Shown in pieces: positions 1 through 10,400 of a stretch of DNA of 64,000 bases. Within the stretch, counting starts at the first letter, position 1; each line of letters opens with the position of its first letter. A program made the position numbers and the translations under genes. This stretch comes from Clostridia bacterium. Lineage in GTDB: Bacteria; Bacillota; Clostridia; RUG12999. The notes under the pieces are model-generated. The model was not told where the DNA came from. It searched no databases and was given only the letters and a program-made list of their open reading frames with translations. The stretch spans positions 8,724-72,723 of the forward strand of contig JAZQYO010000007.1 in assembly GCA_045633565.1 (NCBI GenBank). The letters are read 5' to 3'.

Positions 1-165
1 ATTTTTCATGACAGGCTGAGCATCAAACTCCACCTGCTCTCCGTCAATTAAAACGGTAATCGGCTTTTCCTCAGCAAAGACTGCTCCTGCCGTCAGAAAA
101 GTAAAAGTGAGTATAATACAAAGTATTTTTAAAAGAACCTTCGCCGATTTTTTATTTTTCAGCAA
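1..165 (-). CDS. partial N-terminus (55 codons; continues past window start) of a secreted protein with signal peptide and a copper-amine-oxidase N-terminal-like domain
   Basis: Not in the ORF track because it is truncated. The minus frame is open from position 1 to a TTG at 163-165 with an AAGGA RBS about 9 nt upstream. Translation LKNKKSAKVLLKILCIILTFTFLTAGAVFA-EEKPITVLIDGEQVEFDAQPVMKN has a signal-peptide-like N-terminus followed by an ITVLIDG..FD..P motif. A TAGACA-17-TATAAT promoter lies around 190-220 on the minus strand. Confidence 0.35.
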   Translation of the reverse strand, partial: MLKNKKSAKVLLKILCIILTFTFLTAGAVFAEEKPITVLIDGEQVEFDAQPVMKN

Positions 166-285
166 AATATATCATTCCTTCCTTTAATAGCAGATACAAT
201 TATACATCTTTATTATATCAGTAAACCTTGCATTTGTCTATATTTTTTTTAATTTTTATAAGATTTATTCCAAATTTAAAACTGA

Positions 286-311
286 TGCCAAAAACCCCCG
301 CTTTAAGGGGG
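286..311 (-). terminator. rho-independent terminator (CCCCCGCTTTAAGGGGG hairpin followed by a T-run on the minus strand)
   Basis: GC-rich hairpin at 295-311 followed by TTTT(T) on the minus strand (A-run 291-294 on plus). Confidence 0.6.
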
Positions 312-438
312 TCGGCGAGTTTAGATGCAGAATGGCCGGTTCGAACCTCGCCGTAAGAATAATTCTTACTGCGAGGCGTGCCCAAAGGCATATGTGTATA
401 CGCCGAGTGGTGAGAACGGACCGTAGTTTGAATGCTTA

Positions 439-471
439 TAAAAAAAGAAATTCGCATAAAATGCGAATTTC
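439..471 (-). terminator. terminator of the pheST operon (palindromic GAAATTCGCAT-AAA-ATGCGAATTTC hairpin plus T7 on minus; possibly bidirectional)
   Basis: Perfect hairpin at 447-471 followed on the minus strand by TTTTTTT. Lies 90 nt downstream of the pheT stop. Confidence 0.7.
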
Positions 472-560
472 TACGAAATTTTATTAGGTTATTAACTGCA
501 CGTCGCTTGTGACAAGCCCATTTCTGCCTTCAAACGATCTGCGCTAAAGACGACAGCCCC

Positions 561-2936
561 TTATCTGAGTTCTGCACCGAGTTTTTCAGCGAGATTCTTT
601 AAAACCTTGTCCATTACGGCGGAAACTTCATCTTCGCCGAGTGTTTTTTCCGCACTTCTTAAGGTGAGAGCATAAGCTACGCTCTTTTTGTCAGCAGCAA
701 TCTGACTGCCTTTATAAACGTCAAAGAGTTTAACTTCTTCAAGCAGCTTTCCTGCCGCAGATTTTATTACATCTTCAATGTCCGCTACGGGCACATCGTC
801 TGAGACGAGCATTGCAATATCACGGGATACTGCGGGGAATTTAGGTGTTTCTGTGTAAGTTTTCACCGTATCGGCATGTTCTATTATCGCATCAAGATCA
901 ATTTCTGCAACATAAGCTTTCACGGGAATTCCGTAGTTTTTCAGCACATCGGGGTGGATTTCACCCATAATTCCCGCATCCTTTCCGCCGATAATAACTT
1001 TTGCGGTTCTGCCCGGATGGAATGTGGGATTTTCTGTCTCAGCAGTAACCTTCATGGTTTTTACGCCCATAGCATCCATAAGTACTTCAACCATACCTTT
1101 AAGGTCATAGTAATCCACATTGCCGTACATACCGATTGTCAGCTTTTCAGGCTCGTCGGCAAGGTTTTCGCCCGGGACAGGGTTAAAGATTTTGCCTATT
1201 TCGAAAAGTTTAACCTGTTCGTTTCTGCTGTTATAGTTGTTTGCCAGAATTTCAAGCATTGAACCCACTGTAGTTCTTCTCATAACAGAGTTTTCCTCAC
1301 CCAGCGGATTTGTTATTCTTATAACATCACGAAGCTCGGAATCTGCAGGAATTTTCAGCATGTCAAAGCTTTTGGGAGATGTGAAAGAATAGGTTAAAAT
1401 TTCAAGGCTGCCTGCGCCAACCAAAACATTTTTAATCTTATATGATAATGCCTGACGAAGGGTTCTGCCACCTGCCGTTGTGTCGCCACGGAGGAGTGTC
1501 ATGGGCATTTTGTCATAGCCATGGAAACGGAGAACTTCTTCGGCAATGTCTGCAAAACCTTCAAGGTCTGCACGGAAAGTAGGCGGTGTAACCATTCCAT
1601 TTTCAACTTTGCACTCAAGCTCGGTTAAAATTCTTACCATTTCCGCTTCGGGAATGTCTGTTCCAAGGAAGTTATTAATTTTTTCCGCATCAAACGGAAT
1701 GGGGTTCATTACCCTTACATTTTCATAAACATCCTGCATAACGTCGGTAACTTCACCGGCACCAAGCATTTCGATAAGCTCGCACGCACGGTCAAGCGCA
1801 TCGGGAACCATGTTGGGGTCAAGCCCTTTTTCATATCTGCCCGAAGCTTCGGTTCTCATGCCAAGCTTTTTAGCAGTAATTCTCACAGACGGACCGTCAA
1901 AGTTTGCAGATTCAAAAAGAAGTGTTTTTGTGTTTTCTGTAATTTCAGAATTTTCGCCACCCATAACACCTGCAACCGCAACAGCTCTCTCAGCGTCCGA
2001 AATTACAAGCATTGACGGGTCAAGCTTATGTTCAGCTCCGTCAAGTGTGGTGATGATTTCACCCTCTGCCGCAGTTCTTACAATAATTTCATTTCCTTTA
2101 ATAAAGCTCAGGTCAAAAGCGTGCATGGGCTGACCATATTCGAGCATAACAAAGTTTGTTATGTCAACTATATTGTTGATGGGTCGTACACCCGCACTTT
2201 TAAGTCTTTCTTTCATCCAGGAAGGAGACTCTTCAATTTTTATGTTTTTAACCACACGGCAGGCATAACGGGGACAAAGGTCGTGATTTTTAACAGTAAC
2301 CTTAACATCAAGTCCGTCAGCAGCGGCGCCGCCTTTAACGACAGGTTTTTTGTGGTTAAATGGTTTACCGAAGGTAACTGCAGCTTCTCTTGCAAGGCCT
2401 AAAACGCCAAAACAATCCGCACGGTTTGAGGTAATTTCAAACTCAACAATTTTTTCGTTGAGTGATAAAACCTCTTTAATGTCTGTACCTGTGGGAACAT
2501 CCTCCAAAATCACAAGTATTCCGTCCTCACACGCACCCGCATAGTCGGAAAGCTCTATGCCGAGCTCCTCGTGAGAACACATCATTCCGTTTGACACCTG
2601 TCCACGAAGTTTACCTTTTGTGATTTTAACGCCGCCGGGAAGTGTGGATTTATGAAGTGCAACCGGAACAAGCATGCCTTCTTCAATATTCTGCGCACCC
2701 GTTACAATCTGAGTTGTTTCTTCACCCACGTCAACCTGACAAACCCAAAGCTTGTCAGCATCGGGATGATGTTCTTTCTTTAAAATTCTGCCTGCAACAA
2801 CCTTGTTTATTTCTGCGCCCTGCTCGGAAATTTCTTCAACTTTAGAGCCGGACATTGTCATTGCTTCGGCAAGTGTGCGGAGCTCTACATCCGCTATATC
2901 AACATAGTCACATAACCATTTTACTGATGCTTTCAT
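561..2936 (-). CDS. pheT: phenylalanine--tRNA ligase beta subunit
   Basis: 791 aa. N-terminal MKASVKWLCDYVD.. tRNA-binding domain, then B3/4, B5 and anticodon-binding-like C-terminus. Immediately downstream of pheS. Confidence 0.95.
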   Translation of the reverse strand: MKASVKWLCDYVDIADVELRTLAEAMTMSGSKVEEISEQGAEINKVVAGRILKKEHHPDADKLWVCQVDVGEETTQIVTGAQNIEEGMLVPVALHKSTLPGGVKITKGKLRGQVSNGMMCSHEELGIELSDYAGACEDGILVILEDVPTGTDIKEVLSLNEKIVEFEITSNRADCFGVLGLAREAAVTFGKPFNHKKPVVKGGAAADGLDVKVTVKNHDLCPRYACRVVKNIKIEESPSWMKERLKSAGVRPINNIVDITNFVMLEYGQPMHAFDLSFIKGNEIIVRTAAEGEIITTLDGAEHKLDPSMLVISDAERAVAVAGVMGGENSEITENTKTLLFESANFDGPSVRITAKKLGMRTEASGRYEKGLDPNMVPDALDRACELIEMLGAGEVTDVMQDVYENVRVMNPIPFDAEKINNFLGTDIPEAEMVRILTELECKVENGMVTPPTFRADLEGFADIAEEVLRFHGYDKMPMTLLRGDTTAGGRTLRQALSYKIKNVLVGAGSLEILTYSFTSPKSFDMLKIPADSELRDVIRITNPLGEENSVMRRTTVGSMLEILANNYNSRNEQVKLFEIGKIFNPVPGENLADEPEKLTIGMYGNVDYYDLKGMVEVLMDAMGVKTMKVTAETENPTFHPGRTAKVIIGGKDAGIMGEIHPDVLKNYGIPVKAYVAEIDLDAIIEHADTVKTYTETPKFPAVSRDIAMLVSDDVPVADIEDVIKSAAGKLLEEVKLFDVYKGSQIAADKKSVAYALTLRSAEKTLGEDEVSAVMDKVLKNLAEKLGAELR

Positions 2937-2949
2937 TTTCTTCCCCTCC

Positions 2950-3984
2950 TTAGAACTGTTTTAAAAATCTTACGTCATTTTCAAAGAACAGACGCAAATC
3001 TCTGATGTCAAATCTTCTCATAACAATTCTTTCAAGACCGATACCAAATGCAAAACCGCTGTAAATTTCAGGGTCAATGTTACAGTTTTTCAGAACTTTG
3101 GGGTGAACCATGCCTGCACCTAAAATTTCTATCCAGCCTTCGTTTTTACAAAGTCTGCAGCCTTTTCCGCCACAAGAGAAGCAACGGATGTCCATTTCAG
3201 CCGACGGCTCTGTGAACGGGAAATGATGAGGGCGGAAACGTGTTACTGTTTCTTCGCCATAAAGTTTTTTAGCAAAAAGGTCAAGTGTGCCTTTAAGGTC
3301 CGCCATTGTTACACCTTTATCAACAACAAGTCCCTCAATCTGATGGAAAACGGGGCTGTGTGTTGCGTCAACCGCATCGCTGCGGTAAACACGTCCGGGA
3401 GCAAGAATTCTTATGGGTGGCTGCTGTTTTTCCATTACACGCACCTGCATAGGCGATGTTTGTGTTCTAAGGACGGTGTTTTCGTTTATGTAGAAGGTGT
3501 CCTGAGTATCTCTTGCAGGGTGGTTTTTGGGGATGTTGAGCGCTTCAAAGTTATAGTAATCAAGCTCAATATCCGGACCTTCGGCGATTGAAAAGCCAAG
3601 GCCAATAAAGATGTCCTTGATTTCTTCAAGCACCTGAGCTGTCGGATGAAGTCTGCCTGCAGCATTTTTGTTGCCCGGCATTGTAACGTCAATTTTCTCC
3701 TCTTTAAGCTTCTGTGCGGACATGGCAGATTCCACTTTTTCTTTTGCTGCTTCAAGCTTTGCCTCAATAGATTCCCTTACCTCGTTGGCAATTTTACCAA
3801 CAAGCGGTCTTTCCTCTGCAGAAAGTCCGCCCATACCTCTTAAAACTGCGGTAAGTTCGCCTTTTTTTCCGAGATATTTAATTCTCAAATTTTCAAGTTC
3901 TTCCTTTGCCTTGTCAGGCTGCGTGCTTATGCCGAGGATTTCAGTTTCCGCTGCAACTCTTATTTTTTCCAGCATTTCTTTCAT
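2950..3984 (-). CDS. pheS: phenylalanine--tRNA ligase alpha subunit
   Basis: 344 aa with class II aaRS core motifs (..[17 protein letters not shown].. [16 protein letters not shown]..). pheT follows 14 nt downstream. Confidence 0.95.
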   Translation of the reverse strand: MKEMLEKIRVAAETEILGISTQPDKAKEELENLRIKYLGKKGELTAVLRGMGGLSAEERPLVGKIANEVRESIEAKLEAAKEKVESAMSAQKLKEEKIDVTMPGNKNAAGRLHPTAQVLEEIKDIFIGLGFSIAEGPDIELDYYNFEALNIPKNHPARDTQDTFYINENTVLRTQTSPMQVRVMEKQQPPIRILAPGRVYRSDAVDATHSPVFHQIEGLVVDKGVTMADLKGTLDLFAKKLYGEETVTRFRPHHFPFTEPSAEMDIRCFSCGGKGCRLCKNEGWIEILGAGMVHPKVLKNCNIDPEIYSGFAFGIGLERIVMRRFDIRDLRLFFENDVRFLKQF

Positions 3985-4014
3985 AATTCTCTCTCCTTAA
4001 AGTAAAAATTACTT

Positions 4015-4263
4015 ATACAAAAAAATTCCTTCCGCCCACATTGGGACGGAAGGACAATTCCTTACGCGGTACCACCCAAATTCCGGATAAAAATCCGGCA
4101 CTTTTTAAAGATATAACGGTCTTTCCCGGCAAACCCTACTGGCCTTTCAGGTTTGCAGCTCCTGAGCGAACTTCATCTGTCGCTTTTCGCAGAACAGCTT
4201 TCAGCCTGTGGCATGTTCCTCTCTTGGCGTGCTGACGCAGATTACTTTTCTCAATCACAGCTT
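4015..4263 (-). promoter_or_regulatory. T-box riboswitch leader (Phe-specific) with promoter and intrinsic terminator, upstream of pheS
   Basis: Minus-strand sequence AATTTGGGTGGTACCGCG (plus 4065-4082) matches the conserved T-box motif. A terminator hairpin TCCTTCCG..CGGAAGGA (4027-4054) is followed by T-run on the minus strand. A UUC triplet sits in the candidate specifier region (..GAAGUUCGCU..). Promoter TTGCAA(4294-4299)-17-TAAAAT(4271-4276) lies on the minus strand. Confidence 0.8.
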
Positions 4264-4302
4264 TTAAAACATTTTATCACATATTTTTGTCATTTGCAAG
4301 TG

Positions 4303-5427
4303 CTAATTTGCTTTTCTCTTGACGTATGCCGAGAAAAGTGAGTAAATGAGCGCAAAAACCGGCACTCCTATAAGCATTCCGGCAATGCCGAAAAAGCCAC
4401 CGCCCACGATAATCGCAAACATTGTCCAAAATGGCGATATTCCTGTTGAATCGCCAAGTATTTTTGGTGAAATGATGCTGTTGTCAACCTGCTGAAGCAC
4501 CAGCACTAAAACCACAAACCAAATTGCCTGCAGCGGGCTTACCACCATTATCATAAGAGTAGCAATTATTCCACCAATCCACGAGCCGAAATAAGGAATA
4601 AGATTGGAAATACCTATGATAAATCCTATCAGCTCCGCAAAGGGCAGACGGAGAATCCACATTCCTATTGTGCAGATTACACCGACAATTATGGAATCAA
4701 TAATTTTTGCACCGATAAAACCGGAGAAAATCTGGTGTGCGTCACCTGCCACATCAATAATTTTCTGCGCATGGCCCGGTTTTGTGAATGCTTTTACAAG
4801 CATTTTTCCCTGACGAATGAATTTTTCTTTATCATATAGCATGTAAAGGGATATGATAAATCCTAAAATAATATTTATTACACCTCTTGCAAAGGATGTC
4901 ACGCCCGAAAATACTGCGGCAATAGAATCTCCAGAGTATGTAAGCGCAAGGCTTGTTGCACCTTTTACAAGCTTCTGAATATTTTCCGCTACAATAGCTT
5001 CGTATTCTGTATTCTTTATGAATCCCTCAACGGCAGCATAGGCTTTGGGTGCCCATTCCTGAACCTGCAGAGCAAACTGCGCAATGCTTTTGCCAATCTG
5101 AGGAACAATCAGTATGCAGAAACCTGTTATTGCACCCAATACCATCACGTACGCCGATATAATTGATAAAACTCTGCGAAGTCTTGATTTGGGATTGCTT
5201 TTTTTCACCCGCGAAAACCATTTTTCGCATACTTTTACAACAGGGTTTATGAGGTAGGCAATTATAAATCCGTTTACAAACGGAACAATCACCTTTGCTA
5301 TTTTACCTACAGCTCCCCACGCCACGCCAATATGGTTTAAAACTGCCCAAAAGCATAGCGCCGCTGCAATAACCAAAAATGCGTACACCGCAATGGTGGT
5401 ATATTTTTTGTTGAATTCCGGCTTCAA
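4303..5427 (-). CDS. AI-2E family transporter (PerM/UPF0118 permease)
   Basis: 374 aa polytopic membrane protein with N-terminal TM, multiple hydrophobic segments and typical AI-2E length and organisation. Confidence 0.75.
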   Translation of the reverse strand: MKPEFNKKYTTIAVYAFLVIAAALCFWAVLNHIGVAWGAVGKIAKVIVPFVNGFIIAYLINPVVKVCEKWFSRVKKSNPKSRLRRVLSIISAYVMVLGAITGFCILIVPQIGKSIAQFALQVQEWAPKAYAAVEGFIKNTEYEAIVAENIQKLVKGATSLALTYSGDSIAAVFSGVTSFARGVINIILGFIISLYMLYDKEKFIRQGKMLVKAFTKPGHAQKIIDVAGDAHQIFSGFIGAKIIDSIIVGVICTIGMWILRLPFAELIGFIIGISNLIPYFGSWIGGIIATLMIMVVSPLQAIWFVVLVLVLQQVDNSIISPKILGDSTGISPFWTMFAIIVGGGFFGIAGMLIGVPVFALIYSLFSAYVKRKAN

Positions 5428-5465
5428 TGTCCCTTCCTCCTTATAGTGGTGGATTTTCTTTCAGC

Positions 5466-6068
5466 TTAACAGCAAGGAATTAAATCTCCACCCATACATT
5501 CACACAAACAGTCTGCACAGATAAGGTTTGAACAACAGTTGCAGCAATCATCCTGCGACATATTTCCGGTGTTCATATTGCGATAACCGCCTGCGTTTTG
5601 CTGCATGGCCATAAAAGCATTTTTATATTCTGTGTTCATTGGGTCTTTGTTTGTAGCGGTTTTAAAGCTCTGATATGCCGCATTGTAATTTCCCCGTCTT
5701 AAAGCAACGCATCCTGTCAGATAATGCCACTCGGCATCGTGATTTTTCATTTCCGAAAGCAGCCTTTGTGCCTCGGTAAGATTTCCAATGTTGATATACT
5801 GACGAATTTGTTTATACTCGGGCGAAGAAGCTCCCGTAAAAGTATTTGAGCCCGGCGTGGACTGCTCGCTCTGCGCCTGTTTTGCTCTGTCTTTTATTAC
5901 CTCGTCATAAGCCTGGGAAAGCTCCTGGCGTTTTTTCTCGGCAAGGTCTGAGAGGGGGCCGCCGGTATATTTTTCTTCACCATATTTTTCCATCAGCGCT
6001 TTATAGGCTGCGTCAATTTCCGCCTTGCTTGCGTTTTTATTTACTCCGAGTATTGAATAAGCGTCCAT
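5466..6068 (-). CDS. J-domain-like / TPR-like protein with a C-terminal cysteine-string tail
   Basis: N-terminus DAYSILGVNKNASKAEIDAAYKALMEKY resembles a DnaJ J-domain but lacks the HPD tripeptide. A helical repeat region sits in the middle. The C-terminus DDCCNCCSNLICADCLCECMGGDLIPCC carries 11 Cys in 28 residues. Confidence 0.5.
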   Translation of the reverse strand: MDAYSILGVNKNASKAEIDAAYKALMEKYGEEKYTGGPLSDLAEKKRQELSQAYDEVIKDRAKQAQSEQSTPGSNTFTGASSPEYKQIRQYINIGNLTEAQRLLSEMKNHDAEWHYLTGCVALRRGNYNAAYQSFKTATNKDPMNTEYKNAFMAMQQNAGGYRNMNTGNMSQDDCCNCCSNLICADCLCECMGGDLIPCC

Positions 6069-6069
6069 T

Positions 6070-6873
6070 TTACCTCTCTTTCAGGACTTTTTCCGTAGCA
6101 TTTTTAAGTCCGATATATACTATGTTGTCAAGTATCTGTTTGTTACGTTTTACATCCAGCAGCTCGTATGCCGCTGCTGCTGCGGACAGATTGTACCACA
6201 AAGCCTCCGTCTGAGAGTCAATCTCCTCCGCTGACGAAAAGGGGTTATATCTGCCTTTTATTTTATCCTTTTCAAAATCGTCTATTGCGTCAGTTACATA
6301 TATCCATCTGCCGATGTTGTAACCAAACTCGTAAAGCGCACGGTTTTCTGTATCTGCCATGCAGAAAAGCTCCGCCATCAGTCTGCCAAATGCTCCTGCC
6401 GGAATATCTATATTTTTTTCGGCAAGTTTTTCAGCTTCTGTTATTTCACAAAGATATTTTTCTATATTTTTAAGTTTGTCCGGATATTTCTTTTTTATTT
6501 TATTTACCTCAGGTTTTAAAGCCAGCGCCGCATTTTTTATGCTAACGCCTTCATCCCGGAAATCATCAAGCGCCTTGTAATATGTGAGAGCAACGCTCAT
6601 TTGTGCGCAGTAGTCCATACTGCTGCTTTTTGTAACAACCGGACGTTTTTTAAATGGATGAAGCATGCATCTGCCCGCCGAAACTGTTGGCCTGTCATCT
6701 TCCATTGAATCAAGAAGCAGTGCTAAAACAGTAAAGTCATAGCTTAAAATAAGTCTGCTTGCCGGTCCGCAAAGTTTCCCCTGCCTTTTACATAGTCCGC
6801 AGTAATACGCATTAAAAAGCCGCAGCTCTTTTACTTTAAGCTCATCACGACATACATTTACATATCCAAACAT
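6070..6873 (-). CDS. hypothetical protein with N-terminal Cys cluster (YCGLCK..C), co-operonic with the J-like gene
   Basis: 267 aa. Only a 1-nt gap to the downstream J-like gene. Contains N-terminal CxxC...C and no other recognisable catalytic motif. Confidence 0.4.
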   Translation of the reverse strand: MFGYVNVCRDELKVKELRLFNAYYCGLCKRQGKLCGPASRLILSYDFTVLALLLDSMEDDRPTVSAGRCMLHPFKKRPVVTKSSSMDYCAQMSVALTYYKALDDFRDEGVSIKNAALALKPEVNKIKKKYPDKLKNIEKYLCEITEAEKLAEKNIDIPAGAFGRLMAELFCMADTENRALYEFGYNIGRWIYVTDAIDDFEKDKIKGRYNPFSSAEEIDSQTEALWYNLSAAAAAYELLDVKRNKQILDNIVYIGLKNATEKVLKER

Positions 6874-6951
6874 ATTGATTACCTCTTAAATTATAATTTT
6901 ACCATATAATAGTATCGTTTGCAAGTTTTGTAACAAAAATTTCATAAACGG

Positions 6952-6980
6952 AAATCTCCCGCCGGTTTGCGGGAGATTTT
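6952..6980 (-). terminator. terminator hairpin (TCTCCCGC-cggtt-GCGGGAGA)
   Basis: Perfect 8-bp GC-rich stem directly after the stop of the 6982-7464 gene. T-run on the plus side and a weaker one on the minus side. Confidence 0.5.
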
Positions 6981-6981
6981 A

Positions 6982-7464
6982 TCAGTCTTCAATTACATAA
7001 TTTATGTCGGTAAATGTTATCAGCATATATGTTTGCTGCTGTGAAATGCGTATTTCAGTTCTGTCGTTTTTCCAGTAATATTCATAGGCAGTCATGGTTT
7101 CTTCATACTCGTCCGCCTCACCGTATTTTTTCTCAAACGCTTTTATAATTTTATCGGCAAGTTTGTCCTCGTATCCTTCCATATCATATCCCATACTAAC
7201 CTGCCACAGCCCGTTTGCGCCGTCAAAATTGTAAAACACATTTGTTTCAACCGGAACGCCCTCAAGATTATCCACTTTATATGACAAACGATATGACGAG
7301 TCTACTATAATCTTACCGTCTTCACGGGCTTTTATCTTCTCGGGGCTCATTCCCCATTTTGCTCTGCGGAAATCCCCACCGAGGGACACGAGCGCAAGTG
7401 TTGCAATTGCAACAACTAAAACTGCCGCAATGATAATAATTACAGTTTTTTTACTTATTTTCAT
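6982..7464 (-). CDS. membrane-anchored hypothetical protein
   Basis: 160 aa with N-terminal TM helix (VIIIIAAVLVVAIATLALV) and an acidic soluble domain. Confidence 0.45.
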   Translation of the reverse strand: MKISKKTVIIIIAAVLVVAIATLALVSLGGDFRRAKWGMSPEKIKAREDGKIIVDSSYRLSYKVDNLEGVPVETNVFYNFDGANGLWQVSMGYDMEGYEDKLADKIIKAFEKKYGEADEYEETMTAYEYYWKNDRTEIRISQQQTYMLITFTDINYVIED

Positions 7465-7476
7465 ATTTCCAACTCC

Positions 7477-10400
7477 TTAAAAGAATGATACCTGGTCTGT
7501 TTCAGGCAGACCGTCTAAAATGTGATAATCCTTCATTAACTGTATCAGCGTTTTTGAAACGTGAGCTCTGTCGGCAAACTCCTTGACACTGTAAAACTCG
7601 CCCTCATTTCTCGCTTCCACAATGCCTGCCGCAGCGGCTCCCCCAAGTCCGGGAAGAGCAGAAAATGGCGGAATTATTTTGCCATCTGCAGGCAGGAATT
7701 TATGTGAATCCGATTTATAAAGGTCCAGCCCGGAAAATTCAATTCCCCTGGCGTACATTTCACGGCACATTTCAAGAATTGTGATGAGGTTTTTTTCCTT
7801 CTGCGAGGGTTTTTCAATCTCACCAAGTTCCTTCAGATTTTTCTCAATGTTTTCTCTGCCAATCATAAGCCCTGCGTCAAACTCATCCGCACGGACAGTA
7901 AAATATGTGCAGTAATATTCCACCGGATAGTAAACCTTATAGTAGGCAATGCGGAACGCCATCATTACATACGCCACCGCATGGGCTTTAGGGAACATAT
8001 ATTTAATTTTCTTACAGGAATCAATATACCACTCGGGAACATTGTTGTCAACCATAAGCTGTTCCTGCTCGGGAGTAAGTCCCTTACCTTTACGGACACT
8101 TTCCATGATTTTAAAAGCGTCCTTTTTTGGCAGACCTGCGTAAATCAGATATGTCATAATATCGTCACGGGTACATATAACCTCTTTAAGTGTTGCCGTC
8201 CCTGATTTTACAAGTTCCTCGGCATTGTTTGTCCATACGTCTGTTCCGTGAGAAAGTCCGGAAATTCGCACAAGCTCGGCAAATGTTGTGGGTTTTGTGT
8301 CCACAAGCATTTTCCGTACAAATTTTGTACCAAACTCGGGAACGCCGTAGCTTCCCACTGTTGAGCCAATCTGCTCGGGTGTTACGCCAAGTGCCTCTGT
8401 TGACGTGAAAAGACTCATTGTCTTTTCCTCGCCGATTTTTATATCGGTGGCTTTTGTGTTTGTAAAATCCTCAAGCATTCTGATAACCGTCGGGTCATCG
8501 TGACCGAGAATATCAAGCTTTAACAATCGGCCCGAAATTGAATGGTAGTCAAAATGCGTTGTGATAATATCTGTATCATTGTCGTCCGCCGGATGCTGAA
8601 CAGGGCAATACCAGTGAATATCCTCTTTTCTCGGCACAACCATAATTCCGCCCGGGTGCTGACCGGTAGTACGTTTAACGCCTGTGCAACCTTTAACAAG
8701 CCTGTTTATTTCGGCCTCAGCAGGTGTCATTCCCCGCTTTTCAAAATATTTTTTTACAAAACCGTATGCAGTTTTTTCCGCAACGGTACCTATCGTTCCG
8801 GCACGGAACACAAACCCTTCGCCGAACAGCTCTTCGGTGTATTTATGGGCAACAGGCTGATAGTCGCCCGAGAAGTTAAGGTCAATATCCGGCTCTTTGT
8901 CCCCGTCAAAACCAAGGAAAGTTTCAAACGGAATATCGTGACCGTTTTTGTCCAGCATCACACCGCAAACAGGACATTTTTTGTCCGGCATATCAACCCC
9001 CGAGGGAGCTGAGCCATCGGTTATAAATTCGCTGTGCTTACAGCCCGGGCAGACATAATGGGGCTGAAGTGCGTTAACCTCTGTGATTCCCAATAAAAAT
9101 GCAATAAAGGACGAACCAACCGAACCTCTCGAGCCTACAAGATACCCGTCTGAAAGAGACTTCCAAACAAGCTTTTGTGCAATAATATAAAGCACCGAGA
9201 ATCCGTGTTTTATAATTGAGCCAAGTTCCCTGTCCATTCTTGACTTAACCTGCTCGGGCAGTGGGTCACCATAAATTTCTATGGCTCTTTTTGTGGAAAT
9301 GTTTACAATATCCTCCTCAGCACCGTCCATTTCGGGCGTATGCGGTTCGTCAGGAAGAAGCTGAATATTCTCAACCATATCGGCAATTTTATTGGTGTTT
9401 TGCACAACCACCTTATATGCAAGTTCTTCTCCAAGATAGGAAAATTCCTCAAGCATTTGCTCGGTTGTCCTGAAATAAAGCGGCGCCTGCCTGTCCGCAT
9501 CCTCAAAACCAAGCGAGTCCATGAGTATGCGACGAAATGCCTCATCAGACGGGTTTAAAAAATGAACGTCGCCTGTTGCTACAACCGGTTTGCCCAGCCG
9601 GTCTGCTGTTTCAATAATAGTTTTATTTATCTTGTGAAGTGCCCCTTTTCCCGAAACTCTGCCCGACCGAATCATAAACTCATTGTTCCCGTCCGGCTGA
9701 ATTTCAAGATAATCGTAAAAGGACGCTAATTTATCAATTTCCTTTTGTTTTTTGCCGTTAAGCACCGCTTTGTAAACCTCGCCTGCTTCACAGGCGCTGC
9801 CCAGAAGAATTCCCTCCCGGTAAGTTTCTATCAGACTTTTTGGAACAAGCGGTTTGCGATAAAAGTGCTTGAGATGAGCCTCGGAAACAATCCTGTACAT
9901 ATTCTCAAGACCCTTTTTGTTCTGTGCAATCATCACAAAGTGATGATATTTTGCCTTTCGGCTGTCCTCGCACAAATCGGTGTTAAAAAGCTCAATATCT
10001 GTAATACCTTTGTCTTTTAGTATTGTGAAACAGCGTTTTAAAATTTCCGCTGTTGCTTCCGCATCGTCAACCGCACGGTGATGGTTGTCAAGCGTTATAT
10101 TAAGATATTTAACCATTGCCGCAAGTCCGTGTCTTTTCTGGTCGGTGAAAAGCGCACGGCAAAGCTCAAGCGTGTCAAGATAGCAATAGTCAAATTCCAT
10201 TCCGAGGTTTTCATAAACAACACGCATAAATCCAACGTCAAAGTTGGCGTTGTGCGCCACAAGCACCGAGCCTTTTGAGAAATCCTCAAACTCTTTTGCG
10301 GCAACTGAAATGTCGGGCGCATCGCTTACCATCTGGTCGGTAATGGATGTTATTTCGGTTATATTATCGGGAATATGTCTGTGCGGATTAACAAAAGTTG

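Noticed and set aside
218-457. 79-aa minus-strand ORF in the pheT downstream region
   Set aside because: It spans two intrinsic terminators and the hairpin-rich spacer. It has no RBS and a low-complexity translation. Treated as non-coding.
876-2845. Series of 60-128-aa plus-strand ORFs inside pheT
   Set aside because: They are antisense to a well-supported pheT frame. None has an RBS and their composition is Cys/Phe-rich. Spurious.
8542-9012. 156-aa plus-strand ORF inside polC
   Set aside because: It is antisense to the polC exonuclease/PHP region and has no start context. Spurious.
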